In this document: positions 8,502 to 18,807 of the stretch, one piece after another
Numbering within the stretch: the first letter of the stretch is position 1
Layout of the letters: each line of letters begins with the position of its first letter
Assembly: GCA_963787835.1 (NCBI GenBank)
Contig: CAWBEI010000003.1
Location: 64,001-128,000, forward strand
DNA length: 64,000 nucleotides
Reading direction: 5' to 3'
From: Ignavibacteriota bacterium
Lineage (GTDB): Bacteria > Bacteroidota > Ignavibacteria > Palsa-1295
The notes under the pieces: model-generated
What the model was told of the DNA's origin: nothing
What the model saw: the letters and a program-made list of their open reading frames with translations, nothing else
Databases searched by the model: none
Made by a program: the position numbers and the translations under genes

Positions 8502-10229
8502 ATGTCCACACCTCCTACTCCCACCTCGAATAGCTCTATTATTCCAGCAACGAATGGGCACAATGCTCCTCCAAAATCCGGAGCACCAGTATCCCATCGC
8601 TACCATAAATTTCCGACCGGGCTTGATCTCATTCGGGATCCTGCCTTAAATAAAGGCCGCGCATTTTCAGCGGAAGAACGCGATATTCTTGGACTTCGCG
8701 GCCTGCTGCCGCCGAGAGAGACGAACCTGGAAGATCAGGCAGCATTCATCATTGAGAATGTCCGCTCAAAAGCCAGTGACCTTGATCGCTACAACAGCCT
8801 TATTTCACTTCAGGACCGGAATGAGACCATGTTCTACCGGGTACTTATCGATAATCTTGCGGAACTTCTCCCTATCGTGTACACTCCTACGGTCGGGTTA
8901 GCCTGCCAACGATTCGGTCATATTTTCCGGCGTGCGCGCGGGATGTACATTTCCGACAGAGATAAGGGGAGCATCCGAAAGATCCTCGACAATTGGCCGA
9001 TCGACGATGTTCGCGTAATCGTCGTCACGGATGGCGAACGCATCCTGGGACTTGGCGACCTTGGCGTGCACGGTATGGGGATCCCGATCGGAAAACTTTC
9101 CATCTATACGGCAAGTGCAGGTGTAAAACCATCCCAATGTCTGCCAATGACGATCGACGTTGGCACGAACAACAAGGAACTTCTCGAAGACCCGAGCTAT
9201 CTTGGCCTGACCCATGAGCGAATACGAGGAGAAGCGTACGATGCGCTGATCGACGAATTTATCTTTGCAGCACACGACCGCTGGCCAAACGTGCTCATTC
9301 AATTCGAGGATTTTGGTAACGCCAATGCGTTCCGCCTCCTCGAAAAATACAAGAACAACTTCTGCGTTTTTAACGATGATATTCAGGGAACTGCTGCCGT
9401 GACGCTCGCTGGTATCCTCTCCGCGCTTCGTATGAAGCACGCGAAGCTTTCGAACCAAACGATCGTGCTATTTGGTGCGGGGGAAGCAGCAACTGGAATA
9501 AGCGACCTCATCGTCCATGCAATGATGAACGATGGTATGACGGAAGCTGCCGCACGCAAACGCTGCTGGCTCATCGATTCCAAAGGACTCGTCGTAAAAA
9601 GCCGCAACGATCTAGCGAGGCACAAGCTAGCGTACGCCCATGAGCATGAGCATCTTCCGGACCTTTTATCCGCCATCGGCTCGATCCATCCCACCATCCT
9701 GATCGGTGCGTCCGGTCAGGCCTGCGCGTTTACCAAGGATGTTCTTTCTGCGATGTCAAGCTATGAAGATCGTCCAATAATTTTTGCACTCTCGAACCCA
9801 ACGTCTCAATCAGAATGCACGGCTGAGGAGGCTTATCACTTTACGAACGGCAACGCTATCTTCGCAAGCGGAAGTCCGTTCGATACCGTGTTGTTTGGTG
9901 GGAAAACTATCACTCCCGGCCAGGCAAATAATGCGTACGTATTTCCGGGAATCGGACTCGGTGTAATTGCTTCTGGAGCCACTCGGGTTTCAGATGAGAT
10001 GTTCTTCGAAGCAGCAAAGGCACTCTCGAATGAGACAACAGATGAGGATTTCGCGATCGGTCGAGTCTTTCCATCGCTTGAGCATGCGCGCAAGGTTTCA
10101 GCAAAGATTGCGACTGCAACAGCAAGGGTTGCACATGGTTCTGGCCTTGCTACTAACCCAGAGCCACATGACATCCTTACTGCCATCACGGCAATGATGT
10201 ACGACCCACACTACACGTCTTACGTGTAA
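8502..10229 (+). CDS. maeA: NAD(P)-dependent malic enzyme
   Basis: VYTPTVG, VTDGERILGLGDLG, IQFEDF, FNDDIQGTA, GAGEAATG, ALSNPT, QANNAYVFPG. Confidence 0.95.
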   Translation: MSTPPTPTSNSSIIPATNGHNAPPKSGAPVSHRYHKFPTGLDLIRDPALNKGRAFSAEERDILGLRGLLPPRETNLEDQAAFIIENVRSKASDLDRYNSLISLQDRNETMFYRVLIDNLAELLPIVYTPTVGLACQRFGHIFRRARGMYISDRDKGSIRKILDNWPIDDVRVIVVTDGERILGLGDLGVHGMGIPIGKLSIYTASAGVKPSQCLPMTIDVGTNNKELLEDPSYLGLTHERIRGEAYDALIDEFIFAAHDRWPNVLIQFEDFGNANAFRLLEKYKNNFCVFNDDIQGTAAVTLAGILSALRMKHAKLSNQTIVLFGAGEAATGISDLIVHAMMNDGMTEAAARKRCWLIDSKGLVVKSRNDLARHKLAYAHEHEHLPDLLSAIGSIHPTILIGASGQACAFTKDVLSAMSSYEDRPIIFALSNPTSQSECTAEEAYHFTNGNAIFASGSPFDTVLFGGKTITPGQANNAYVFPGIGLGVIASGATRVSDEMFFEAAKALSNETTDEDFAIGRVFPSLEHARKVSAKIATATARVAHGSGLATNPEPHDILTAITAMMYDPHYTSYV

Positions 10230-10245
10230 TGTCAAATCGCTCACA

Positions 10246-10548
10246 TCAGGAAACCACGTCTGGTTCTTCTCCTTCCGGAGATGCCTCCCGGCGGATTCCT
10301 GTGTCATCTCCGCTCTTAAATCCTTGACCGTAAAAGCGGCTATCCTCAGCTAATTTGCTTTCCTGGTGAAGTTCTGCGGGAGCTTCCCGGAATTCGCTCT
10401 TGGTATCCGAAATATCTTCTTCCTCGATCTCGATGCCATCACCCCCTGGCTCATCGACATCGCCGACATCCGCTCCACGCTCTGCAAAAAAGCGGGCCTG
10501 GTTTAGTTCATCTTCCTGATCGTTATTATTACGTGTTTTTTCGCCCAT
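10246..10548 (-). CDS. Small acidic hypothetical protein
   Basis: 100-aa D/E-rich ORF with an A-rich start context, co-directional with the upstream exonuclease gene. Confidence 0.6.
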   Translation of the reverse strand: MGEKTRNNNDQEDELNQARFFAERGADVGDVDEPGGDGIEIEEEDISDTKSEFREAPAELHQESKLAEDSRFYGQGFKSGDDTGIRREASPEGEEPDVVS

Positions 10549-10616
10549 ATTTTTTTATTGTTTAATTACACAACGTATTTAACATCCAAAATCGCACGTT
10601 GAGTGCAGAAAAAAGA

Positions 10617-11357
10617 TCAAAACTTCAATAAGGACAGCCATTTCTCATAAAGCTCGCTCGTGGCGCGAACATCACGCATGCAGTACTCGGCTATTTCCCG
10701 GCTGCGGCCCTCGGCAAAAAAGACCGGGACTTTATCACCTGCGATCGTTTTGGATTTGGGCGATGCAATCCCAAAGGACTTCGTATAAAAATCCAAATTG
10801 AATTTACGGGTTGCACCAATTTTATCAAAACCTGCATTGAACGTCAATTTATCTAGAAGGTCGATGTGCTCGGCGCCGCTATATCGATCGCTCGAGTTCC
10901 CACCTACTTTGAATTCCCATCGTGTGCCAGCCATCATATTGATCGAGGGGCGAATTCCAAGGGCGGCACTACGCAGCATAAGGAAGGGACAATCAAAATT
11001 ACGGCCGTTAAACGTGACAACTGCCTGATATTTTCCATCCATCCCATTCCAGAAATGCCGGAGCAACTCCGATTCATTTGTGAATGCTTTATATCGCAAC
11101 ATCATACCATCATGCTCGATCACTTCATCCGCCTCTGTATCAGCAAGATAGAGAGCACTTCCCTTTTTCGTCTCATGAACAACCGTACCGATACAAACTA
11201 CTTTCCCAGTTAAAGGATTAAGTGCTCCGAACCCTTTTCGCTGCTCGCGTTCTTCATCGGAGGCACTGCCTCGCAACAAGTATTCCCGCTGAGCCTCGTC
11301 GAACGATGAATCGAAATCCAACGGAACTGTTTCAATATCGAAGATCAAAGTCTGCAT
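10617..11357 (-). CDS. DEDD 3'-5' exonuclease (PolB-exonuclease-like / RNase H-like)
   Basis: IFDIETVP, VTFNGRNFDCPFL, HIDL, EYCMRDV. Confidence 0.88.
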   Translation of the reverse strand: MQTLIFDIETVPLDFDSSFDEAQREYLLRGSASDEEREQRKGFGALNPLTGKVVCIGTVVHETKKGSALYLADTEADEVIEHDGMMLRYKAFTNESELLRHFWNGMDGKYQAVVTFNGRNFDCPFLMLRSAALGIRPSINMMAGTRWEFKVGGNSSDRYSGAEHIDLLDKLTFNAGFDKIGATRKFNLDFYTKSFGIASPKSKTIAGDKVPVFFAEGRSREIAEYCMRDVRATSELYEKWLSLLKF

Positions 11358-11412
11358 GATGGCCTGAACTGAGTAATCGGATTATTTGGATAATAAGAGT
11401 AGATGAACTATA

Positions 11413-12135
11413 TTAAAGCTCCATTCGGTCATCTTCATCGTCATCCTCTTCTTCATATGGCTCAACGGTTTCATCCCCAACAGCCTCTGTCGGGGAATAG
11501 ACGATATTAAACGCAGGATCGCTAAAACGTGGCTGATCATAATTAAAGATCGGGGTTACTTCTTCTACGGAGTAGGATTCGCGAATTCGATCAGCGAGCG
11601 CCAGTTTCTCCACTCCGGAAAGAAGCTTATCCGCCATCGAATATACCCGGCTCTCTTCTATTGCAATATGCTCACGATACTGTTTGATCAGCTCTCGTCC
11701 GGTTGCAACAAAATGAGCATCTTGCACGGAATGAATATCGTGCGCTGACTCAAGAGAAGTAGTGTCCCGGGGAATATTACGGAATGCTTCCCAGTCATGC
11801 ACAAGTACATCCATGTTCCTTTGGAGTACTTCATGCCCTTCCGTCAGGAAGCGCATGGTGGAATCCGGCTGTTGAAATCCTACGCGAGGAACATGCGCCG
11901 CCAAGGCCGGGAAAAGGAGTCGCTCTTCTTCAAGCTCATGCCGAGGCGCTGCTTTCTGAAAAAAATCAAAGATCTCACCCCAATTGGGCTGTGCCGCAAA
12001 ACTCTGAAACACGCCATTGGTCTCAGCATCAGTGAGCAGGCGTTCTAATTCAGCACATTCATGCAAAATAATTTTGTGAGTATCGTGAAAATAAAGGACG
12101 CCGTCTTGATAGTTTTGGGGATCGGGAAGATTCAT
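11413..12135 (-). CDS. Hemerythrin/HHE-domain protein with acidic tail
   Basis: H...[38 protein letters not shown] 12135 preferred as the start. Confidence 0.8.
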   Translation of the reverse strand: MNLPDPQNYQDGVLYFHDTHKIILHECAELERLLTDAETNGVFQSFAAQPNWGEIFDFFQKAAPRHELEEERLLFPALAAHVPRVGFQQPDSTMRFLTEGHEVLQRNMDVLVHDWEAFRNIPRDTTSLESAHDIHSVQDAHFVATGRELIKQYREHIAIEESRVYSMADKLLSGVEKLALADRIRESYSVEEVTPIFNYDQPRFSDPAFNIVYSPTEAVGDETVEPYEEEDDDEDDRMEL

Positions 12136-12194
12136 GTAGCTATGAAACCACATTGCATCGGGAATATATTCCCCTCACATTACGTATTCTTAAT

Positions 12195-12638
12195 ATGATA
12201 GAACTTCGAATTAAACGACTAAGCCCCAACGACAACGATATTCCCTTGCCCGAATATGCTACCGCGCATGCTGCTGGTATGGATCTTCGTGTGAACACCG
12301 ACATTGAAATCGCACCTCAACAAGTGATCCTTGCCCCTACCGGCATCGCTCTGGAAATTCCGGAGGGATATGAAGGCCAGGTCCGCCCTCGAAGCGGTCT
12401 TGCTGCAAAGCACGGTATCACCGCGTTGAACTCTCCCGGCACAATAGACGCCGATTATCGTGGCGAGCTCAAGGTCATTCTCATCAATCATGGTAAAGAG
12501 CCTGTTCGCTTTCAGCGCGGCACTCGTATCGCTCAGCTCATTATTAGTAAATATGAGAGGGTAGATGTTATTGAGTCAGATGCCTTAGCTGAGACCATCC
12601 GTGCTGCCGGTGGCTTTGGACACACCGGAGTCAATTAA
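12195..12638 (+). CDS. dut: dUTP diphosphatase
   Basis: [36 protein letters not shown]. Confidence 0.97.
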   Translation: MIELRIKRLSPNDNDIPLPEYATAHAAGMDLRVNTDIEIAPQQVILAPTGIALEIPEGYEGQVRPRSGLAAKHGITALNSPGTIDADYRGELKVILINHGKEPVRFQRGTRIAQLIISKYERVDVIESDALAETIRAAGGFGHTGVN

Positions 12639-12749
12639 AACGTAGAATTAATAATGAAGAGAATATTTTTGAATTCTCGCTTTGATTGGATAATGACTGG
12701 CATGTCTTTCCCCCATTCTTAATTTTTAATTCTTAATTATTAATTCACA

Positions 12750-13766
12750 TTGCCATTAGTCCACAATAAAGTCATTACTATCGAGCGGCACATCATCGAG
12801 CAACAAGAGCGCTCGAATGGGGCCACCGGAGATTTCTCTGCACTCCTGCGCGATCTCACACTTGCGTTCAAGATCATCAACCGTGAGGTGATGCAAGCGG
12901 GGCTTGTCGATGCATTAGGTGCGACGGGAACCGAAAATGTTCAGGGTGAGATTGTCCAGAAGCTCGATGCATTTGCCGACACAGTTATTTTCCGAGCAAT
13001 GGATCATGGTGGGCACTTGTGCGCCATGGCGAGTGAGGAGAATGAGAACATTCTTCCAATTCCAAATCAATATAAGTGTGGCAAGTATGTGCTGCTCTTC
13101 GATCCACTGGATGGATCCTCGAACATCGATGTCAATGTCTCGATCGGAACGATCTTCTCCATTCTTCGGCGTGTCACACCGGAAAATACTCCAGGAACAA
13201 TGGATGATTTCTTGCAGCCAGGCTACAAACAAATTGCTGCAGGATACACGATCTATGGCCCATCGACGATGCTCGTTTATACCGCAGGCCGGGGGGTCTT
13301 TGGATTTACGTACGATCCTTCCGTGGGGGAATTTATTTTATCGCATGATGATATTCGAATTCCTCAACATGGAAGAATTTACAGCGTGAATGAAGGCAAT
13401 TATCATAAATGGGACAGGAAAATCCAGCGATACATCGACTGGGCTAAATCAGATGTGCCGGAAGAGGGCAAAACGGCATACAGCCTGCGCTATATCGGCT
13501 CGATGGTCGCAGATGTGCATCGCACGTTGCTGTATGGCGGTGTATTCCTTTATCCGGCAGACATCAAAAGCCACAAAGGAAAGCTTCGCCTTCTCTATGA
13601 GGCAAATCCTATGTCATTTGTCGTGGAGCAAGCTGGCGGACGAGCTGGTGATGGCAAGCAGCGGGTCTTAGAGATCATTCCCGAATTACTGCATCAAAGG
13701 ACTCCACTGATCGTTGGAAGTCCGAAAAATGTCGAGGAAGTGGAGCGTTTCCTGAACGCCACATAG
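12750..13766 (+). CDS. fbp: Fructose-1,6-bisphosphatase class 1
   Basis: NVQGEIVQKLD, ASEE, FDPLDGSSNID, RYIGSMVADVHR, KLRLLYEANP. Confidence 0.96.
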   Translation: MPLVHNKVITIERHIIEQQERSNGATGDFSALLRDLTLAFKIINREVMQAGLVDALGATGTENVQGEIVQKLDAFADTVIFRAMDHGGHLCAMASEENENILPIPNQYKCGKYVLLFDPLDGSSNIDVNVSIGTIFSILRRVTPENTPGTMDDFLQPGYKQIAAGYTIYGPSTMLVYTAGRGVFGFTYDPSVGEFILSHDDIRIPQHGRIYSVNEGNYHKWDRKIQRYIDWAKSDVPEEGKTAYSLRYIGSMVADVHRTLLYGGVFLYPADIKSHKGKLRLLYEANPMSFVVEQAGGRAGDGKQRVLEIIPELLHQRTPLIVGSPKNVEEVERFLNAT

Positions 13767-13779
13767 AAATTCGAAACCT

Positions 13780-14334
13780 TCAATCTTCCTCAGATTGACC
13801 GAGCAGATGCAGCCCTTCACTGGTTGTTTCGAGACGAAGCTCGTGAATAATTTGGTGAAGCAAAGGTCTCTCACCTTTTTGGATTCGATGTATTCCTATA
13901 ACATAGCCGGTGCCGGCCCGTGCTATGTCCAACATACCCTTTGCAAGGGCATTTCTGACATGATGCGCTTCCTTCTCCGTAAGCCGCTCGATGGCTCCAG
14001 CTAACAACGCTCTGGCGGTAAGATATTTCGACGTATCCCATGTACTTTGCACCATTGGCAGCAACCCCATGTCGGTGCCAATGGACTCAAGATCATCTTC
14101 CGTCGCTAACTCGAAATCATCTTCAAGGGTGCGCACAAATTCTTCGATCGCGGCGAACTCGCCCATCGACACCGAACGGTTCTGCATATCTACTTCCATA
14201 ATAGGCGCGAGCATGAGTGCTCCAAAAGCCAGCTTTTCAGGAGTGGTATGCGATTCCTGCCAAAGCCCGAGCTCTTTCAATCGATCGATCTCATAGTCAC
14301 TGAAGAACTGTCCGTTTTCGAGAGAACCTAACAT
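13780..14334 (-). CDS. Hypothetical helical protein (possibly TerB-like)
   Basis: 184-aa ORF filling the intergenic space. The VSMGEFAAI and IQKGERPLL segments loosely resemble TerB-type repeats (weak). Confidence 0.6.
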   Translation of the reverse strand: MLGSLENGQFFSDYEIDRLKELGLWQESHTTPEKLAFGALMLAPIMEVDMQNRSVSMGEFAAIEEFVRTLEDDFELATEDDLESIGTDMGLLPMVQSTWDTSKYLTARALLAGAIERLTEKEAHHVRNALAKGMLDIARAGTGYVIGIHRIQKGERPLLHQIIHELRLETTSEGLHLLGQSEED

Positions 14335-14373
14335 AGATAAATTGGAAATAAGGTAAAAAATGAGTGCTATCTG

Positions 14374-15243
14374 CTACTTTCCGACTTTCAGCACGCAGTT
14401 AACGGGTTGAGACAATACAGAGTTCGCGAGTTGATCGACCGTCTTCCACATTCCAAAGGGCATCCCCTGCAAGAATGGGTAAGTTCGAGCAAACAACAGT
14501 AGTTTGTTGTTGAAGCTTTTAAATTCCCAGCCAGATACTGGATCATCGAACAACGCACGAAGCGATGCTTCATCCCATGAATGCAGGTGTGCATTGTGAG
14601 GAGTCAACTGATTGCAATGAATGCAAAGCTCATAGGTCAATTTCTCTTTGTATGGTGTGCTGATAATTACAGTTCCATTCTGTTTTATTACACGGAGCAA
14701 TTCATTAACAAACGATTTGGGGTCATGTTGGTGCTCGATGATCTCAGAAGCAATGATAACGTCGAATGATTCATCTATAAATGGCAAGTGATAGGCATCC
14801 GCAACAACAGCAACATGATCCTGTGAGGGGTAACGTTCGACCGCTTTCTTTGGATTTTCGATCGAAACATCGAGCGAGCAAACAAAGGTACCACTGTTCT
14901 GAAATGACTTCGCTACCCATGCCGAGCCACAACCAACATCGAGAATGCTGGATGAATCTTTCGGAACAAGGGAGAGAATATATTCCCGGAGTCTCCGTTC
15001 ACTGTGAGCTGTGGCGCCACTACGCTCCTCGAAATAATCGAAAGATGCAGAATCCTTCTCATAATGCGCAATGTAATCGAATGCTGTAGAAGAATCCTTT
15101 CCAGCTATGAGAATGGGAATATTTCCCGACAGCAAGAAACTTCTGCCGCATGAAACGCAACAAAGCGAACCATCTTTCATGATGAGTTCGCCTTGGCACT
15201 GAGGGCAGCTTAGAATGGAAAACAGTCGAGGATCCATTGACAT
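14374..15243 (-). CDS. Class I SAM-dependent methyltransferase with N-terminal Trm112-like zinc knuckle
   Basis: LSCPQCQGEL...CVSCGRSF...IPIL, ILDVGCGSA, ADAYHLPF, FDVIIASEIIEH. Confidence 0.88.
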   Translation of the reverse strand: MSMDPRLFSILSCPQCQGELIMKDGSLCCVSCGRSFLLSGNIPILIAGKDSSTAFDYIAHYEKDSASFDYFEERSGATAHSERRLREYILSLVPKDSSSILDVGCGSAWVAKSFQNSGTFVCSLDVSIENPKKAVERYPSQDHVAVVADAYHLPFIDESFDVIIASEIIEHQHDPKSFVNELLRVIKQNGTVIISTPYKEKLTYELCIHCNQLTPHNAHLHSWDEASLRALFDDPVSGWEFKSFNNKLLLFARTYPFLQGMPFGMWKTVDQLANSVLSQPVNCVLKVGK

Positions 15244-15284
15244 GACACAATTCCCATGCACTGAAAGATCCCCGACTGACAGCC

Positions 15285-15632
15285 TTATAGTCCGCTCTTT
15301 TTCACCAACTGCGAGAAGACCTCCGGATGGTGATAGGCAAGATCGGCCAGTAATTTACGATTAATTCCGATACCGGATTTTGCAAATGCGCCCATCAGAC
15401 GGGAATACGTTGTGCCATTCTCGCGCGCGGCAGCATTGATGCGAACGATCCAAAGCTCGCGGAAATCGCGCTTACGGACACGGCGGTCACGAAACGCGAA
15501 CTGACGTGCTTTATCGACATGATGCTTGGCAACGGTGAGAACGTTACCGCGCATACCCCAAAAGCCTTTGGAGGCTTGAAGGACTTTCTTTTTTCGGCGC
15601 TTGGCTGCAGGTAGGTTTTTAGCTCTTGGCAT
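15285..15632 (-). CDS. rplT: 50S ribosomal protein L20
   Basis: MPRAK...KGFWG...[23 protein letters not shown]...NRKLLADLA. Confidence 0.98.
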   Translation of the reverse strand: MPRAKNLPAAKRRKKKVLQASKGFWGMRGNVLTVAKHHVDKARQFAFRDRRVRKRDFRELWIVRINAAARENGTTYSRLMGAFAKSGIGINRKLLADLAYHHPEVFSQLVKKSGL

Positions 15633-15767
15633 AGTAGGTTTTCAGATTTTTATTCAGTTGGGCCACCCTCGAAGCATCTGAATTCTCTTCTTTCGAAGAG
15701 GACCGCCCGCAAAAAGCGGACGCTCGGAGTAGCGTTAGAAACCGGAATATCCGGTTTCCCTTTGTAA

Positions 15768-15962
15768 TTATCTCGCCAGAAGAATACGGATGTTCTTCTC
15801 GTTAGCCGGAGCAACGAGTGTAGCATGGCGCAAATTGCGTTTCCGTTTCTTCGATTTCGAAGTCATAATATGAGCTTGGTACGCCTTTTCACGCTTCAAA
15901 AGGCCGCTTCCGGTCACTTTGAAGCGCTTTTTCGCGCCTGACTTGGTCTTCATTTTTGGCAT
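15768..15962 (-). CDS. rpmI: 50S ribosomal protein L35
   Basis: [20 protein letters not shown]...H...[10 protein letters not shown]. Confidence 0.98.
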   Translation of the reverse strand: MPKMKTKSGAKKRFKVTGSGLLKREKAYQAHIMTSKSKKRKRNLRHATLVAPANEKNIRILLAR

Positions 15963-16144
15963 AAATTCCGTTAAAATTGAGTGCGCCGTAACAGACGTAT
16001 TTTACGGTTAGTTCTATATTTATGCAAATTGCATCTTGAAAAGTAACACGAATATAATACACTTACTGTGAATTGAGGATAACACGCCTTAATTTCACAA
16101 TGTTAGATTGTTGATGATCTCACGCCGACATAAAATGAAGAAGC

Positions 16145-17731
16145 ATGGAAACAGAAATTTTATCTAAAGGACTAACCGCCGTCTCTGGGTATGACTCGAT
16201 GCTGCCGATCGAAGACGCTCAAGAATTGCTCAAGCAACTTAAGAGTCTCTATCAGGATGTGATCCAGCGAGGCAACGCGATCTTTAATAATTGGTCGAGC
16301 AGCATTGAGCGCCCTGACTTCCAGCCGAGCGCTCGAAATCTTGCTTATTATCTCGCATTGCGTGAGCATGACGTACGTCCCATTCAATCGGCTTTAATTC
16401 CGTGGGGCTTATCGTCGCTTGGTCGAAGCGAATCGCGAGTGCTGCCAAATCTGGAAGCGGTGATCACCACACTCGAGATAATCTGCGAAGGGAGGAAAGG
16501 GGGAACAATACATCCGCCACTTTCGGCTTTTTTTCAGGGAGAACACCTGCTTTCAGAAAATGTCAGCCGATTGTTCGGCGAACAACGGAGTGATAGACGC
16601 ATCCGAATCCTCGTTACGATGCCCCCTGAAGCTGCCGAAGACTACGAGTTGATCCGCGATCTCCTGAAGGAGGGCATGGATGCTATCCGCATCAACTGCG
16701 CGCATGATTCCGTGGATGCCTGGAAGGCTATGATCTCCAATTTGCGCCGTGCCGAGCAAGAGGTAGGACACACCTGCAAGATATTGATGGATCTGGCCGG
16801 TCCGAAGATCCGCACCGGAAAGATTATCACTCCATTGCCGGATGCCCGCCTTTATCCTGGCGAAAAACTTCTGCTAACTAAGGCAAAGAAACCTACACCA
16901 AATCCTGAGTACCGTTTTCAGGCCAGTTGTTCAGCACCGGAAATCCTATCACAAGTTGCAGTCGGTGCGTTAGTATGGATCGACGATGGAAAATTAAGCG
17001 CAAGGATCGAACGCGTGTTTCCAGATGCCGTCGAACTTCTTGTGCTCGATGCAGGGCCAAAAGGAATGAAGCTAAAGGCCGACAAAGGAATTAATTTCCC
17101 AAAAACAACACTCGCGATCAGCCCACTTTCAGAAAAAGATTACCGAGATCTCGATTTTGTCGCAGAAGCGGCGGACCTCATCGGTTATTCCTTTGTACAG
17201 GAAGTCAGTGACATGGTTCTTCTTCAAGAAGCGCTCCGATCTCGCATAGGAGATAGAGCAAACGAAAAAGCAATCGTTGCAAAGATCGAAACAGAACGAG
17301 GAGTCCGTAATTTGCCATCTCTTATTGTAGCGGCGGCTGGAAAACAGCCTTTCGGAGTGATGATCGCTCGCGGCGATCTTGCTGTTGAGATCGGTTACGA
17401 ACGCCTTGCCGAGATACAAGAAGAAATACTTTGGCTGTGTGAAGCGGCGCACGTTCCCGTCGTGTGGGCTACGCAAGTGCTTGAAACGCTGGTAATGACC
17501 GGAACCCCTACCCGAGCCGAAATGACGGACGCAGCAATGTCCGAACGTGCCGAATGCGTAATGCTCAACAAAGGCCCATTCATCCGCCAGGCGGTAACCA
17601 TTCTGGACCACGTACTAACTCGAATGCAAGCACATCAGCTCAAAAAGACTCCTCAGCTGCGCGCCCTCAAAGTCTGGCAAGACATTGGAAAGATTCCTGC
17701 CATCTCTACTCCCGTCGGAGTAGAGGGTTAG
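16145..17731 (+). CDS. pyk: Pyruvate kinase, atypical subfamily with N-terminal extension
   Basis: RINCAHD, DLAGPKIRTG, KGINFP, AKIET, MIARGDLAVE, WATQVLE, PTRAEMTD. Has an N-terminal RNLAYYLALR...GLSSLGRSE extension and no C-terminal regulatory domain. Confidence 0.9.
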   Translation: METEILSKGLTAVSGYDSMLPIEDAQELLKQLKSLYQDVIQRGNAIFNNWSSSIERPDFQPSARNLAYYLALREHDVRPIQSALIPWGLSSLGRSESRVLPNLEAVITTLEIICEGRKGGTIHPPLSAFFQGEHLLSENVSRLFGEQRSDRRIRILVTMPPEAAEDYELIRDLLKEGMDAIRINCAHDSVDAWKAMISNLRRAEQEVGHTCKILMDLAGPKIRTGKIITPLPDARLYPGEKLLLTKAKKPTPNPEYRFQASCSAPEILSQVAVGALVWIDDGKLSARIERVFPDAVELLVLDAGPKGMKLKADKGINFPKTTLAISPLSEKDYRDLDFVAEAADLIGYSFVQEVSDMVLLQEALRSRIGDRANEKAIVAKIETERGVRNLPSLIVAAAGKQPFGVMIARGDLAVEIGYERLAEIQEEILWLCEAAHVPVVWATQVLETLVMTGTPTRAEMTDAAMSERAECVMLNKGPFIRQAVTILDHVLTRMQAHQLKKTPQLRALKVWQDIGKIPAISTPVGVEG

Positions 17732-17750
17732 CGAATATTTTGTATATCTC

Positions 17751-18776
17751 TTAACGCTGGATCACCAATGGCATGGTTATCAGCCGATTCGTGGTATGAA
17801 TAACAGCCTGATATCTTCCAACCTGGATGCGGCCAACATCAAGCTTTCCTTCGCCATCGAACTGAGCCGAGAGCACCGGGCGACCAAGGAGATCGAGTAA
17901 TTCAATAGTGGCAAGGCCTTCTGTTCCCTGAATATTGACAAATGTCGATGCTGGATCAGGAAAAACAGAAATCGTGCCGGGAGCACTGCTACCTGAAACA
18001 CCGGAAGCTTGACTCGAGACGAACGCCGTGATGTAAAAATTCGAATAAAGCGGGACTCCAGTAGTGCTGAGAAAAGTGCTATCAAGTACCGCGCTGAGAG
18101 TTTGTCCTGTATTGAGCAAGGCAAGAAATCCCGAACGGCAGTTGTCTGTCGTGCGAGGAACTATTTCCTCGCTATCACCTGTGACAAGATAGCCGTTGGT
18201 GAAATTCCGGGAAACCGCGTCAAAATTTGGTTCGACAGCGATCCAGAAGTTTTGCGCAGGGATTTCGGTATGAGGGACTGGCAATGTAACGACCGAACGA
18301 CCGTGAACCTGGGCGGCATGCACATACCCAACATCAAAGGATTGTGCGTTCTGGTCGAAAATGTTCATCAAATGAAATGTTCCAGCCCCAGTGCTATACA
18401 GCGTATCCGCGATCATATAGACATCAATGCTATCTCCTGTAATAGAATCAATCGTGATTTGCACGGAATCGAGAAATCCGCCCGAACCGGGCATCGTGAT
18501 GCGCTCTCCGTAAGTCGGAACTATATAGGATCCGATCTGGATCGGTGCCCCAAACCCGAGCGAGGGAATTGATGAATTAAAGTACCCGAGTGGAATGTCC
18601 GCCGATAAAATAGAAAGCGGCATATTCGATTCCCATACTTTCGCCCGGTTCGGCCAGCCTGTAATGCTATCTGCTATAGCACCTCTCGTTGATGTTGATA
18701 AAATCTGCGCTTCTCCGAGATCAGCCAGAAAAAGACAAACTGCCAGAAATAGTGAATATCCAATGTACTTTCTCAT
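17751..18776 (-). CDS. Secreted protein with T9SS-type C-terminal sorting domain
   Basis: Signal peptide (...GEA-Q) and C-terminal ISVFPDPAS...LLDLLGRPV...GRYQAVI...PLVIQR. Confidence 0.82.
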   Translation of the reverse strand: MRKYIGYSLFLAVCLFLADLGEAQILSTSTRGAIADSITGWPNRAKVWESNMPLSILSADIPLGYFNSSIPSLGFGAPIQIGSYIVPTYGERITMPGSGGFLDSVQITIDSITGDSIDVYMIADTLYSTGAGTFHLMNIFDQNAQSFDVGYVHAAQVHGRSVVTLPVPHTEIPAQNFWIAVEPNFDAVSRNFTNGYLVTGDSEEIVPRTTDNCRSGFLALLNTGQTLSAVLDSTFLSTTGVPLYSNFYITAFVSSQASGVSGSSAPGTISVFPDPASTFVNIQGTEGLATIELLDLLGRPVLSAQFDGEGKLDVGRIQVGRYQAVIHTTNRLITMPLVIQR

Positions 18777-18807
18777 GATTTTTTATAGGTTATAATAAGC
18801 CCAAATC

